This document shows positions 7,837 to 18,148 of a stretch of DNA of 53,799 nt, one piece after another. The DNA is from a virus (taxonomy: Duplodnaviria > Caudoviricetes): positions 1 through 53,799 of the IMG/VR virus record IMGVR_UViG_3300033067_001170; one strand, given 5' to 3'. The position numbers and the translations under genes are program-made. A model generated the notes under the pieces. That model did no database searches. It saw only the letters and a list, made by a program, of their open reading frames with translations, and was not told the origin of the DNA. The stretch's first letter is position 1; each line of letters opens with the position of its first letter.

Positions 7837-9449
7837 AAAAACTTCTCCAAAGAACTTTTAGGTTTATTAAATTTTTTAGTATAGTGTTCCAATCTCTTTA
7901 CTCCTATTTTGTAGTAATCTTCACTAAGCTCACACCCATAAATATTATCAATTTTATATCCTGCTTTAACAAACCCTATAATTTCAGAAAATACACCACA
8001 AAAAGGAACATAAACTTTCTGATCGCATTCTTCTGGTAATTTAAATAAAGAAGAAATTCTATTTATAAGTTCTATAGGTTTTAATGTAGGATGATTATTT
8101 GGAGATGGTGAAGTAGTAAATCTCTCTTCAACATCTTTCATTTCTTTACTAGACTTATCACTCTTACCATTAAACAATCTTTCTTTCTTTTCTAAATCTT
8201 CTAACCCTTCATTTCTTTCTTTTGAAGATACTTTGGAATTATAAAATAATAAATCTAATTCATCTTCTTCATATTTAATTTGCTGTAATACTTTAGATGC
8301 TCCACCAACATCACCATACGCAAAAAATTCATTAGTATGAACTCCATCTCCATAGGTATTATTACTACCACCAAATCCTTGCTCAACTCCAGCATTAACA
8401 CTTCCACCTTTAACATTTCCGTGCTGTTTATCTAAAATAGCACAAGGACACTCAGGATTGGTATGTATTATCTTTTTATGAGCATCATTATAGTTACTAG
8501 GAGAATTTGGTTTAATATTATTTATAAACCCTTCAGCAATATATTCATTATCTTTATATTCAAATGGTTTTTTATCTACACCTTCTTCTATAACTTTATC
8601 ACACGTGCACTCTATAAACATTTGAGATGGATACCTACCATTTACATTTGTTTCTGTATTGTCTCCATATATCTTTTCATCGGTATATTGGTTGCTCTTA
8701 AATATTCTTTTAGCACTTCCTGTAGGATTCTTTTCGCCAACCACTTTAATTCTATTACCATTAATATCTAATATACTTGGAGATATTTCATTATCAGTTT
8801 CAGACTCTATAACATCATCCAATATAGATTTATTTTTAATAGGTTTTCTAAATACTAATACAGTTTCTAACACTTGTTTTAAAGGAGAAACTGAGTATTT
8901 GTATCCGTCATATTTTTTTGCCAAATCATGATTAGCTTCGGTAACAGGAACTTCACCCAACATAGAATTATCATTAAATCCATTATTAGGACTTAATGGT
9001 GAACTTATTTTATTTCTTCTCTTAGCATATGGGTCAGAAGATACTACATTTCTCTCCAAACCAAATCTTTTATCAATCCCTTTACTAACATCCGTTGCCT
9101 TTGGAAAATTGCTAATATAATACCAATATAAACTTTGCTGAACTTCAAAACCGTTCTTAACAGCATAATAAGTAAATGGTGCGAGTTGGCGGTCCATACC
9201 GAACATCAATAAATAACCACCATACTTTAACGTTCTAAACGATTCACTAAAGAATAAATCTAAATCAGTTTCATCTAACCCATTCCACTTATTCATAAAA
9301 TCAGATTTCTTCTTGATCTTATACTTGCCATCAGTATCTATATACCACACCGATGATAAATTATACGGTGGGTCACAAAATATAGTATTAAAAAACTTAT
9401 CTTCGTAACTCTTTATATCTATAAAAACATTATCGTTCTTTAAATTCAA
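7833..9449 (-). CDS. DNA methyltransferase (N6-A/N4-C, beta class) with large insertion
   Basis: DPPY catalytic motif, HPTLKP, VPFCG SAM-binding variant; TTG start after GAGG. Confidence 0.85.
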   Translation of the reverse strand: MNLKNDNVFIDIKSYEDKFFNTIFCDPPYNLSSVWYIDTDGKYKIKKKSDFMNKWNGLDETDLDLFFSESFRTLKYGGYLLMFGMDRQLAPFTYYAVKNGFEVQQSLYWYYISNFPKATDVSKGIDKRFGLERNVVSSDPYAKRRNKISSPLSPNNGFNDNSMLGEVPVTEANHDLAKKYDGYKYSVSPLKQVLETVLVFRKPIKNKSILDDVIESETDNEISPSILDINGNRIKVVGEKNPTGSAKRIFKSNQYTDEKIYGDNTETNVNGRYPSQMFIECTCDKVIEEGVDKKPFEYKDNEYIAEGFINNIKPNSPSNYNDAHKKIIHTNPECPCAILDKQHGNVKGGSVNAGVEQGFGGSNNTYGDGVHTNEFFAYGDVGGASKVLQQIKYEEDELDLLFYNSKVSSKERNEGLEDLEKKERLFNGKSDKSSKEMKDVEERFTTSPSPNNHPTLKPIELINRISSLFKLPEECDQKVYVPFCGVFSEIIGFVKAGYKIDNIYGCELSEDYYKIGVKRLEHYTKKFNKPKSSLEKFL

Positions 9450-9458
9450 AATAACCTC

Positions 9459-10193
9459 TTATGGTTTAATAGTAATAACTTCTAATGGTTTAGGAATCAA
9501 CGAATCTGGATTTATTCTATTCAAATATTCAGACACATCATCTAAATCTGAAACTACATAAGTTATATTTCGTTGTGCTTTCACTCTCAACAACAACGGT
9601 TTAAATTTATTTTTATAATCATCATCATTTGCAAGGATAGTGCACCCTAAACTACTATTAGCAAATCCACCACTATCATGAATATTTATACCAAACTTTC
9701 CTGTCTGAACTTCTATCACTTCACCATCTTTATGAGTTCTTGCGACCAACACCACACCATCATCCTGTCTCAATGCTGTTCTGCCTGGAATTTGTCTATG
9801 ATTTCCTACTCTATATGCAGGATAGACACCTTTAACCAAATGAGCAATATCAACCTTTTTAGATTTTGGGTCCATAGTAACAGGAAATCTCCACAATCTA
9901 ACTTGGTTACTTGATGTGTTTTCCCATATAATTAAATTATCATTGTTAGTAAGATCATCATTGAAAGATATTTCATGATTGTATCTTATCCCTAAAACAT
10001 TTATAGTATCTGGTGCTGTTGTAAACACTGGGTCTCCATACACCCTTGCCCAATTTTTAGGTCTACCATTTGCAAAAGCATCTTTATCTACAAAGTATTC
10101 TGATTTATATTTTTCAACTAAATGCTCCCACAACGACCTAAATACGCTAGGGGTGTAATACATTCCATCAAATATTAAAGTATCTTCATTCAT
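9459..10193 (-). CDS. Putative L,D-transpeptidase-like cell wall enzyme
   Basis: GINIHD...SSLGC resembles the YkuD H-x-S-x-GC catalytic motif. Confidence 0.5.
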   Translation of the reverse strand: MNEDTLIFDGMYYTPSVFRSLWEHLVEKYKSEYFVDKDAFANGRPKNWARVYGDPVFTTAPDTINVLGIRYNHEISFNDDLTNNDNLIIWENTSSNQVRLWRFPVTMDPKSKKVDIAHLVKGVYPAYRVGNHRQIPGRTALRQDDGVVLVARTHKDGEVIEVQTGKFGINIHDSGGFANSSLGCTILANDDDYKNKFKPLLLRVKAQRNITYVVSDLDDVSEYLNRINPDSLIPKPLEVITIKP

Positions 10194-10242
10194 TTTATAT
10201 TTCCTATTTTTATATAAATATATACAAATTTAATTATACGCA

Positions 10243-12096
10243 CTATATCTCGCAAGAATTTCCCGCACAAGCCACCTGATCTTTTAAATCTGTATTATCA
10301 TCATCTTCTATGACTTTAGACAAGTCAACTTCATGTAAAGTCTTTAACATATCATAGTATTTAGATTTTGATATACTCTGAAATGGTGCTTGAACATAAC
10401 TATGATCATCATACGGTAAAAATGAAAGAGCTGTATAACTTTGTTTATTAGACCATAACCAAGTACCCACTTCCTTCCATTCATCATCCTTTATAGTTAT
10501 AGTTGCCGAAACATTATTATAATTAGAACCTTTTCTATGTCCTGGTCTTATCCACTCCATATTAAATTTAAGTACTCTCTCTAATAAACTTATAGCAGTT
10601 TCATCTTTTCTAATTATAGCACTTGCAGGTGCTTTCATAGGAACAGAAATAATACTTTGAATCTTAGGTTTAAAGAAATCGTCTTCTATTAATTCTGGAT
10701 GATTATTTGCTAAGTATGTATATATAGCTTCATTTTTTCCAACTCTAATTGTTCTAATAAAATAATCATCGTGCCATGAATGTATTCCTGATGATGTTCC
10801 CAAAACTAAACTACTAGTACCTTCAGGTTTAATAACTGTATTTCTAGCGGCTACATTTATTCCTATTAGTTTTGCCACTCGTTCATTTTCAGATTTTATA
10901 ACTTCTACTGCTTTTTCTAAATTTAAATTATTAACCTTTCCAGAAGATATACCTGTCATAGATACTCCAATAAGTGCTTCTTTTTCCGTAACTTTTTTCC
11001 ACATATCTCTAAGATAATGAAAATTAGTATATCCTGCTTGTAATGTAGCAATAAATGAAGCAGACTTACATCTATCTTCTAAATCTTCCTGAGATTTAAC
11101 TGTATCAGCATTTATGGTAACAAGATTACAAAATTGCCCATTGAGTAATGATACTTCCGCACAAGGATTAAGACCATATTCGACATCATCAGTAAACATA
11201 AATCCAGGTTCACCAGATTTACTCTCTTCAATCTTTTTCCACAATTGAAAGAATTCATCTTTCTTTATTCTATTTCTCAATATTACTGCCGTATTGTTTG
11301 CTCTTGCATATTCAGGATTGGTTTCATACCATTTTCCAAATTTACAAGTTAACATAGCATCATCATCAAAACTAAATAACGCAATTAAAGCGGCTCTTCT
11401 TATTCCACCAGATAAAACAGCATCAGCAATGTGACAATTTATACCGTGAACTTCTAATGTAGTTAATTTATCCCCACTATTTTTTCTGTCTAATATTTTT
11501 TCTATCTGATATAAACAATCTTTAAGTGGTTCTGGACCAGGTGCTTTACCACCAGATGTTATAAGTTTTGAACCTTTAGGTCTAATGTCTCTAAAATCAA
11601 ATACAGGTTTTGGTCCACCAACTAAATAAGATTTAATTAATATTTTTACAGCATCACTCCACCCTTCAACACTATCACCAATTAAATATCTTCTATTCTT
11701 AGTAGGTTTTTTTATTTCAGGCAATTGTTCTACATGATGAAATTGGACAGAATATCCTACACCAACACCAGAAAGCAATAAGAACATAACTTCACTAAAT
11801 GCTCTCCAATCATTCATATGTAAAAATGAACAATTATAAAGTCTAACTGGATTTATATCGATAGGTTTACCAGCAAATTGAAGTGATCGCATCGATGGTA
11901 ATATTTTTTTAGTTAATACATAATCTTCATATACTTTAGTTATCTCTGCAGATAATTCAGGATATTTAAGTAAATGCATATCTCTATTTCTATAAACAAT
12001 CTCTTTCCACAATTCTCTACGTTTAAAAGATTCAATGTATCGGGCATATTTCATGTGTATGGTTATGTTGGACAGGATTTCAGAATACAATTCCAT
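10243..12096 (-). CDS. nrdJ: Class II (B12-dependent) ribonucleoside-triphosphate reductase
   Basis: LPSMRSL, YNCSF, GGIRRAA, NPCAE, IKPEGTSS and C-terminal CAGNSCEI. Confidence 0.92.
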   Translation of the reverse strand: MELYSEILSNITIHMKYARYIESFKRRELWKEIVYRNRDMHLLKYPELSAEITKVYEDYVLTKKILPSMRSLQFAGKPIDINPVRLYNCSFLHMNDWRAFSEVMFLLLSGVGVGYSVQFHHVEQLPEIKKPTKNRRYLIGDSVEGWSDAVKILIKSYLVGGPKPVFDFRDIRPKGSKLITSGGKAPGPEPLKDCLYQIEKILDRKNSGDKLTTLEVHGINCHIADAVLSGGIRRAALIALFSFDDDAMLTCKFGKWYETNPEYARANNTAVILRNRIKKDEFFQLWKKIEESKSGEPGFMFTDDVEYGLNPCAEVSLLNGQFCNLVTINADTVKSQEDLEDRCKSASFIATLQAGYTNFHYLRDMWKKVTEKEALIGVSMTGISSGKVNNLNLEKAVEVIKSENERVAKLIGINVAARNTVIKPEGTSSLVLGTSSGIHSWHDDYFIRTIRVGKNEAIYTYLANNHPELIEDDFFKPKIQSIISVPMKAPASAIIRKDETAISLLERVLKFNMEWIRPGHRKGSNYNNVSATITIKDDEWKEVGTWLWSNKQSYTALSFLPYDDHSYVQAPFQSISKSKYYDMLKTLHEVDLSKVIEDDDNTDLKDQVACAGNSCEI

Positions 12097-12126
12097 TAAT
12101 AGTTCTCCAAAAAGTTAAGTTAATAA

Positions 12127-12582
12127 TTACACTAGTTCTTCGATTTTAGATTTAGGTATGCCATACATTCTCAAAAGATTTGCTTTGTTTTCAGTTGTAA
12201 GTAGTCTATAATATTCTATAGCTTCGTCAGAAGAAATAAATTTGAAATACTCTTTCAATAAATCTAAAACCCACGCAGGGGGAGTATCTAACTTTTCTTT
12301 CTTAGGAAATTTAATCCAAAAACTTTTAGCATCATACTTAGGTATAATGTGTATCAATAACTTATAATAATGTTCTTTGGACATTCTATTTAAAAAAACA
12401 TACTTGTCAATATAACTAATAGCATATGTCAAATCATTATGTAACCCTAAAAATTTTTGTAAAAGAAATATATTAAATTCCTTATATTCTGCGGGAGTAA
12501 GGGTACTTAAATAATTTGGGTCTTGAACTTGAGTTATGGCTCTAATGTGGTCAAAAATATTTAACGATTTTTCTCCACTCAT
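12127..12582 (-). CDS. Clamp loader small subunit (T4 gp62-like)
   Basis: IFDHIRAIT...FNIFLLQKFL...LKEYF..S.DEA.EY pattern. Confidence 0.7.
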   Translation of the reverse strand: MSGEKSLNIFDHIRAITQVQDPNYLSTLTPAEYKEFNIFLLQKFLGLHNDLTYAISYIDKYVFLNRMSKEHYYKLLIHIIPKYDAKSFWIKFPKKEKLDTPPAWVLDLLKEYFKFISSDEAIEYYRLLTTENKANLLRMYGIPKSKIEELV

Positions 12583-12643
12583 AATAATACCTTTTTAATA
12601 AATATAATTAATAATATTTTTTTTAGCTATAATATTATATAAA

Positions 12644-13627
12644 CTAAACATTATTTTTAAAAAAATCTTTTATTGCTGTTTTAATATCTTTTAAATCCGT
12701 ATTAAGCACAAAAGAATCAAAATCTTCATAATTTTGCTTAAATTTAGACATAAACTCCCCTAACTCTTTTCCTTCCAAATGAGTGATCTGACTAACAATA
12801 TCCCCATTAAACTTTTGGCGGATTTCATACAACAAATCATCCCTATAAGATAATTCACTTAATTTATCTGTAAACTCAGAACCAAAAAAATTAATTGCCA
12901 TAGAATAATAAACATCTTTTGGTGTTTCAACAATAGATGAACCGTCCATTTCCTTAATATATTCTAAAAATTTTCTATAACTATCTCTTTTTCTATTTCT
13001 AAGTCTATTAGTATGATCTAAGTTTTCATATTGAAAAATAGTGGGAGTAAAATACTTAGATGAAACTACAAAATTAAAAACTTCTTCGAGAGTTTCAAAA
13101 CCCATCGAATATAATTCGTAATCAAATCCTAAAAAATTAAAAATCTTACGAACATCCATACTAACAATTACATCCTGAGCGTAAAATCCATATCTAGATA
13201 CATAAGAATAAAATAATCCCTGACTACCATACCTAAATCCCATGTGTCTAGCAATTCTACCCATAAGATTCCCAAGATCATTATAAGCATAATATGTTCT
13301 AGTTGTTTCCCACTCAGAACTCTTGACCTTAATAATATCAATCTGAACATCTTTATACACTAAACTATAAACATACCCATTTTTAATTATATCAGTTTCA
13401 AATTCACCATAAATTACTAACCCAATATCTTTATTAGGATATTTATAATCCTTAACAAGAATATCCATATCACCAAATGTTTCTTTAGTATCATAAGATT
13501 TAACTAATTCTACAGTACCAAACAATCTTGATAACTTAGGAAATAATTCTGAATAGATTTTCTCATATTCATTTTTAGATACTCTGCGGGTTTCAATACC
13601 TTTTTGTAGGAATGCTCTTCCACCCAT
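12644..13627 (-). CDS. Nucleotidyltransferase (pol beta superfamily), phage family
   Basis: MGGRAF...KETFGDMDILV...QIDII. Confidence 0.65.
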   Translation of the reverse strand: MGGRAFLQKGIETRRVSKNEYEKIYSELFPKLSRLFGTVELVKSYDTKETFGDMDILVKDYKYPNKDIGLVIYGEFETDIIKNGYVYSLVYKDVQIDIIKVKSSEWETTRTYYAYNDLGNLMGRIARHMGFRYGSQGLFYSYVSRYGFYAQDVIVSMDVRKIFNFLGFDYELYSMGFETLEEVFNFVVSSKYFTPTIFQYENLDHTNRLRNRKRDSYRKFLEYIKEMDGSSIVETPKDVYYSMAINFFGSEFTDKLSELSYRDDLLYEIRQKFNGDIVSQITHLEGKELGEFMSKFKQNYEDFDSFVLNTDLKDIKTAIKDFFKNNV

Positions 13628-13630
13628 AAC

Positions 13631-14401
13631 TTAAACCTTTTTCTTTCTCTTAATTTTACACACTATGCCTATATTCAAATCTGCACAAATTTTATGTACA
13701 TCGTAATATTTATTATATGAATGAAACACATTTGTACAAACATTATTCATATTTGCAACCAACATATCTAATACATTTTTACCATATGTAAATCCTTTAG
13801 TGGTGTATTTATGTATCCTAGTAAGTGTTGATAGTGTTCCTTCTAAATTTATAATATTTATAGTTTTACGTTTCAAATCTTTAAAAAAATCTTTGTGAAA
13901 GAATAAATTCTTTCCATCTATACCTACAGCAGATACTGTAAAGTCGAATGAGTTTACTATATTCTTACAAGATGCTAAAGGTTTAAAAAATATAAATTGA
14001 GTTTTACACCCAAATACACTATAATTATCATAAGTAACAACATCCATATCCCTAATTCCATATTCACCATCATCCACATGAAAATGACCTATTCCTCTAT
14101 TTTCATCATACGAATATGCACCATACCCATTTCTTCTAGAATTAATCCATGATATAGCATCATCTATATCTTTTCGAGTCTCAAAAAATATATCTATATC
14201 TACTTCTTTATTTAAACCCATTCCCCTGAAATAATCTCTAAGAGTTCCACCAGCAATAACAAACTTAAATGGAAAATGTTTATAGAACTTTAAATATCTG
14301 TAAATTACCAATTTCCTTTTAAAGTATAGTGGTAATATTGGGCTCAAATAAGATAATCCAACTAATATAACTTCTTTAACTGAATACTTAAACATACTCA
14401 T
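13631..14401 (-). CDS. tRNA nucleotidyltransferase/poly(A) polymerase head-domain-like protein
   Basis: IAGGTLRD...DIDIFF...FDFTVSA class II NTase motifs; ends IVCKIKRKKKV. Confidence 0.7.
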   Translation of the reverse strand: MSMFKYSVKEVILVGLSYLSPILPLYFKRKLVIYRYLKFYKHFPFKFVIAGGTLRDYFRGMGLNKEVDIDIFFETRKDIDDAISWINSRRNGYGAYSYDENRGIGHFHVDDGEYGIRDMDVVTYDNYSVFGCKTQFIFFKPLASCKNIVNSFDFTVSAVGIDGKNLFFHKDFFKDLKRKTINIINLEGTLSTLTRIHKYTTKGFTYGKNVLDMLVANMNNVCTNVFHSYNKYYDVHKICADLNIGIVCKIKRKKKV

Positions 14402-14431
14402 TACGTACTCATTACGTACTCATTACGTACT
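14395..14431. repeat. 11-bp tandem repeat x3 (TACTCATTACG) across a gene junction
   Basis: Seen directly; each unit contains TAATG on the minus strand. Confidence 0.9.
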
Positions 14432-14667
14432 TTATGTTTCTTTCTATATGCATTTACTAAATCTACAGCAGATTGTCTATATGCTTCTACTTTTATTTTC
14501 TTTCTAAACGTAATATTACGTCTAACTATTATAGTTTTAAGTTTTTTAACTATAAATCTAGTTCCAAACTGAGTTGCCTGTTTATTATTAACAAACGTAT
14601 AAGTTCCATCACTATTAGTTCCCCACAGATAGAACCTTTCTCCTTTATGTATTATTTCATTTTTCAT
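14401..14667 (-). CDS. Hypothetical protein
   Basis: ORF directly downstream of a promoter. Confidence 0.7.
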   Translation of the reverse strand: MKNEIIHKGERFYLWGTNSDGTYTFVNNKQATQFGTRFIVKKLKTIIVRRNITFRKKIKVEAYRQSAVDLVNAYRKKHKVRNEYVMST

Positions 14668-14672
14668 ATTTC

Positions 14673-14701
14673 AATATAAACAAATTTTACCTAAAAATCA
14701 A
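14673..14701 (-). promoter_or_regulatory. Sigma70-type promoter
   Basis: TTGATT-17-TATATT. Confidence 0.6.
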
Positions 14702-14934
14702 GACAAATCTCCAAAATTACTCACAATCTTTTTAGATTTTTTGTGGACTAATCTTATACTATATCCCACTACTATTTGATAGTTAACTTTACCACTACTC
14801 ACCATCTCATACAACTCGAAAGGATTTAATTCTAACGCATACAACATACCACCTTTAGTATATTGTTTTCTGTGGAAAAGTTTTCCCTTATACGAATACG
14901 TTTCAGGATAACCATCAAAATAATATTTTCTCAT
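14698..14934 (-). CDS. Hypothetical protein
   Basis: TAATG coupling to upstream MTase. Confidence 0.65.
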   Translation of the reverse strand: MRKYYFDGYPETYSYKGKLFHRKQYTKGGMLYALELNPFELYEMVSSGKVNYQIVVGYSIRLVHKKSKKIVSNFGDLS

Positions 14935-15695
14935 TACATAAAGTTTTTTAAGGTATCAATAGATGATAATCGTTGTGTGGCAACAGCACGATAAGTTGGA
15001 GATATTTCTATACCCAAATACTGTCTATCTAATAATTTACAAGCAACCGCAGTTGTTCCTGAACCCATAAAAGGGTCCATAACAAGTTCATCTTTATACG
15101 TAAATAACTTTATAGCATTTGTAGGAATATCTAAACTAAAGTTTGCTTCGGTAAGTTTTTGTGTTTGAGGTTTATAATCCCAAACTCCCTGAACTAAATT
15201 AATAAACTCATTTTTATTATCCACAGAAAAGTCATGCTCACCCTGTTTATCTTTTTTCCATCTATCTTTATAATAAACAATAACACATTCTTTAGAATTA
15301 AAAAAATATGGTGCTGATGGTGATAACCAACTTCCCCACGCAGTATTCTTTTTTCTGTGTGGAACATCTTCATGCAAATCTATGTGACCAAAAAACTTAA
15401 ATCCAATTTTAAGCATTAATGTATGATAGTCTGCCATAATGAAAATCACATTACCGTTAGAATTTATAGTGTACGGAAGATTAATACAATATCTAGCATC
15501 AGGTTTTCCTATCCTATATAATTCTCTAAGATACTTCTCAGTAAAATCCCAATACTCATTCATAGGAATCAAATCATTCCAATCCGAATAAGGTATTCCC
15601 ACATTGTATGGTGGACTATAACAAAAAAAATCCACAAACTCGGAAGGAAGTTGTGGAGTAATAACATTTACATCACCCAATAGTATTTTATTCAT
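14934..15695 (-). CDS. DNA methyltransferase (N4-C/N6-A)
   Basis: SPPY and DPFMGSGTT motifs. Confidence 0.9.
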   Translation of the reverse strand: MNKILLGDVNVITPQLPSEFVDFFCYSPPYNVGIPYSDWNDLIPMNEYWDFTEKYLRELYRIGKPDARYCINLPYTINSNGNVIFIMADYHTLMLKIGFKFFGHIDLHEDVPHRKKNTAWGSWLSPSAPYFFNSKECVIVYYKDRWKKDKQGEHDFSVDNKNEFINLVQGVWDYKPQTQKLTEANFSLDIPTNAIKLFTYKDELVMDPFMGSGTTAVACKLLDRQYLGIEISPTYRAVATQRLSSIDTLKNFM

Positions 15696-15696
15696 C

Positions 15697-15924
15697 TTAA
15701 AATTCCCACTTAATTTTATTCATTCCAACTGTAAATCCTAAATGCTCCAAGTAATCATTTATAGAAAACTTTTTCAATCTATAACGAATATCGTCATCAA
15801 GCACAACATAATTATATCCAGACATACCTCTAGTTTTAATTCTATTCATAATATATTTAAATTCTTCAGTTTGTTCTATAGCTAATTTAGTAATATTACT
15901 AATAGATTCTACATTTTCTCGCAT
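15697..15924 (-). CDS. Hypothetical protein
   Basis: Coupled ORF. Confidence 0.65.
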   Translation of the reverse strand: MRENVESISNITKLAIEQTEEFKYIMNRIKTRGMSGYNYVVLDDDIRYRLKKFSINDYLEHLGFTVGMNKIKWEF

Positions 15925-16859
15925 TACAGTTTTCCCCCACTATTTGATCTCATTATCTTAATTAAACAGGACATAAAATTTAACTGTTTATCTAACGAAG
16001 TAGAACTTCTAAATAAATGCTCTTCTATGTTCAACAAAATATCTATTATGTATGCTTTATTCAATGCATATATTTCAACCTTATCGAACAAATATCTATA
16101 CATCTCCAAATAATCTACATTATATAATTTAGAAAGTAATGCTCTCAACTTATTAACAGATTCTATGTTTGGTGTTTTAAGTAATTCAACTATAACTTCA
16201 CGATATCTTTCTTGCAATGCATGTTCTTTACTTAAAACTAACACCTTATTTACAGTATATCTCTGTAAGTTTCCTATAGTTGATCTTAAATCAGGAAAAG
16301 ATGCTTTAATGACTGACATCAAATCCTTTTCTTCATACTTAACTTGCTCTTTAGTCAAAATCTCTTTACATTTAGCAACTACAGCTTCAATACTCTGAGG
16401 TCTAAATTCAAATTTCTGTAATCTTGATAATATGGGTTCATACATAGTATCAATATGATTTGTAGTTAAAATAAATCTGGTAGATTTATAATACTGCTCA
16501 AGAATCATCTTAAATGCTTTAGCGGCGTCTCCTGTTATATTCTCTGCCTCTTCTAGTACTACAATTTTCCACTTGTAAAATGATTTTCTACTTGCAAAAT
16601 TAGTAACCTTATCTCGCATAGTATCAATACCACGATCACTAGATGCATTGATTACTATAGATTCGCAATCTAAAGAATTAAGTAAAATTGATACTGCAGA
16701 TGTTTTACCTGTACCTGCTCTACCATAAAAAAGGAGATTTGGTATCTCTCCTTTTTCAAGTAGTTCTACAAGTTTAGATTTAATATCATCATGACCTACC
16801 AATTCATCAAAACTTTTAGGTCTATACTCTTCTACCCATACTCCTAACGCAGATGACAT
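15924..16859 (-). CDS. Clamp loader large subunit (T4 gp44/RFC-like AAA+)
   Basis: WVEEYRP, GRAGTGKTS, INASSDRGID, SRL sensor motif. Confidence 0.92.
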   Translation of the reverse strand: MSSALGVWVEEYRPKSFDELVGHDDIKSKLVELLEKGEIPNLLFYGRAGTGKTSAVSILLNSLDCESIVINASSDRGIDTMRDKVTNFASRKSFYKWKIVVLEEAENITGDAAKAFKMILEQYYKSTRFILTTNHIDTMYEPILSRLQKFEFRPQSIEAVVAKCKEILTKEQVKYEEKDLMSVIKASFPDLRSTIGNLQRYTVNKVLVLSKEHALQERYREVIVELLKTPNIESVNKLRALLSKLYNVDYLEMYRYLFDKVEIYALNKAYIIDILLNIEEHLFRSSTSLDKQLNFMSCLIKIMRSNSGGKL

Positions 16860-16869
16860 CTATATCTCC

Positions 16870-17778
16870 TTATTTAATTGTACTTTGTTCAGAATCAGCT
16901 CCCATAAAATATCTACAAGTATAATTTTCATCGGTAGCTTCCACAACCAACACACCAGCAATAGACATTTTCATAGTAACTTTATCCATACCCTTAACGG
17001 CAGATATTACCTGTTTAAGATACTTAATGAAAAATGCCATCTTACCATCAAACTGTTTTACTGTTCCCAAATCCGAAATATCAATATTAACCTTGTTAGA
17101 TTTAGATGCATCATCACCAATAACTAATTTAGGTTTATTTCGTTTGAATGTGAAATAGAAATTCTTTTCAGATGTTGGAAAAGCACTAATAGACTTTAAG
17201 ATTTTGTCCATAATATCTCTGGTCAAAGTTAAATCTATATCATATTCTTGGAAATGTTTTTCGGGAGAAGGTGCTTTAAAATTCTTACCATTTATAACTC
17301 CAGAATCCGCTAACGAAATTTCAACATCCACTTCATTTTGGGAAAGATTAAATGTAGAATCTGTTATATCCAAAGTTGCTTCACCTGTAAACAATCCAAG
17401 TAAATTAAGCATTTGAGATGTATCAAATATACCAAATTCTAATTTCTTATTAAACAATTTTCGTCTAGATGAAACTACAGCATATATAGATTTAAATTCA
17501 TCTGCACCAACAATAGTTAGTTTATCATCACTTGTGTAAAGAGCTTTATTGATCAATCCACCTAAATAATACTTTTCGATATTACTTACCAATAAAGGAA
17601 CATTTAATTTAGTGGAATCTAACACATCATCAGATTGTGTGGATTTATCCGCATCACGTTCATCATCAATATTTACAGCATCATTTACTATATCATTTAC
17701 AGCATCATCCACATTATCTGGTGGTGTAAGTAATTCTTCAAGTTCTTCATCACTTATGCTACTACCGTTTTCTAACAT
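16870..17778 (-). CDS. Sliding clamp (T4 gp45-like) with acidic N-terminal extension
   Basis: FGIFDTSQMLNLL motif; adjacent to clamp loader and PolB. Confidence 0.7.
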   Translation of the reverse strand: MLENGSSISDEELEELLTPPDNVDDAVNDIVNDAVNIDDERDADKSTQSDDVLDSTKLNVPLLVSNIEKYYLGGLINKALYTSDDKLTIVGADEFKSIYAVVSSRRKLFNKKLEFGIFDTSQMLNLLGLFTGEATLDITDSTFNLSQNEVDVEISLADSGVINGKNFKAPSPEKHFQEYDIDLTLTRDIMDKILKSISAFPTSEKNFYFTFKRNKPKLVIGDDASKSNKVNIDISDLGTVKQFDGKMAFFIKYLKQVISAVKGMDKVTMKMSIAGVLVVEATDENYTCRYFMGADSEQSTIK

Positions 17779-17825
17779 AACTTCTCCTTTTATTTTAATT
17801 TTATTCTGTTTAAGTTTTACGTTTT

Positions 17826-17854
17826 AATATACTAAATATTAATATCAAAGTCAA
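17826..17854 (-). promoter_or_regulatory. Sigma70-type promoter
   Basis: TTGACT-17-TATATT. Confidence 0.75.
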
Positions 17855-17860
17855 GATACT

Positions 17861-18139
17861 TTATATTTTTCTGGAAATTACAGATACATTAAATTCCAAC
17901 CCTGTAGATTGTTTCAAAGTATCGGCAACATTATCTATAACTTGTTTAGAGATTATCTCACCCCTAACACTTTCTTGTGGCACTTCTATCTGAGCTACCA
18001 ATTTAGGTTTAGAAAATAAAGCATCAGGCAAATTAATTTGTAATTGCATAGCTACCGAATTAGATGGAACTGTTGGTGATTTTTTAGTTACTTTAATTGA
18101 ACCGTTTTTACCAACAACTATCCAAGCACTAGTTCTCAT
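17861..18139 (-). CDS. Hypothetical protein
   Basis: ORF with AGGAG SD. Confidence 0.7.
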   Translation of the reverse strand: MRTSAWIVVGKNGSIKVTKKSPTVPSNSVAMQLQINLPDALFSKPKLVAQIEVPQESVRGEIISKQVIDNVADTLKQSTGLEFNVSVISRKI

Positions 18140-18148
18140 ATATACTCC

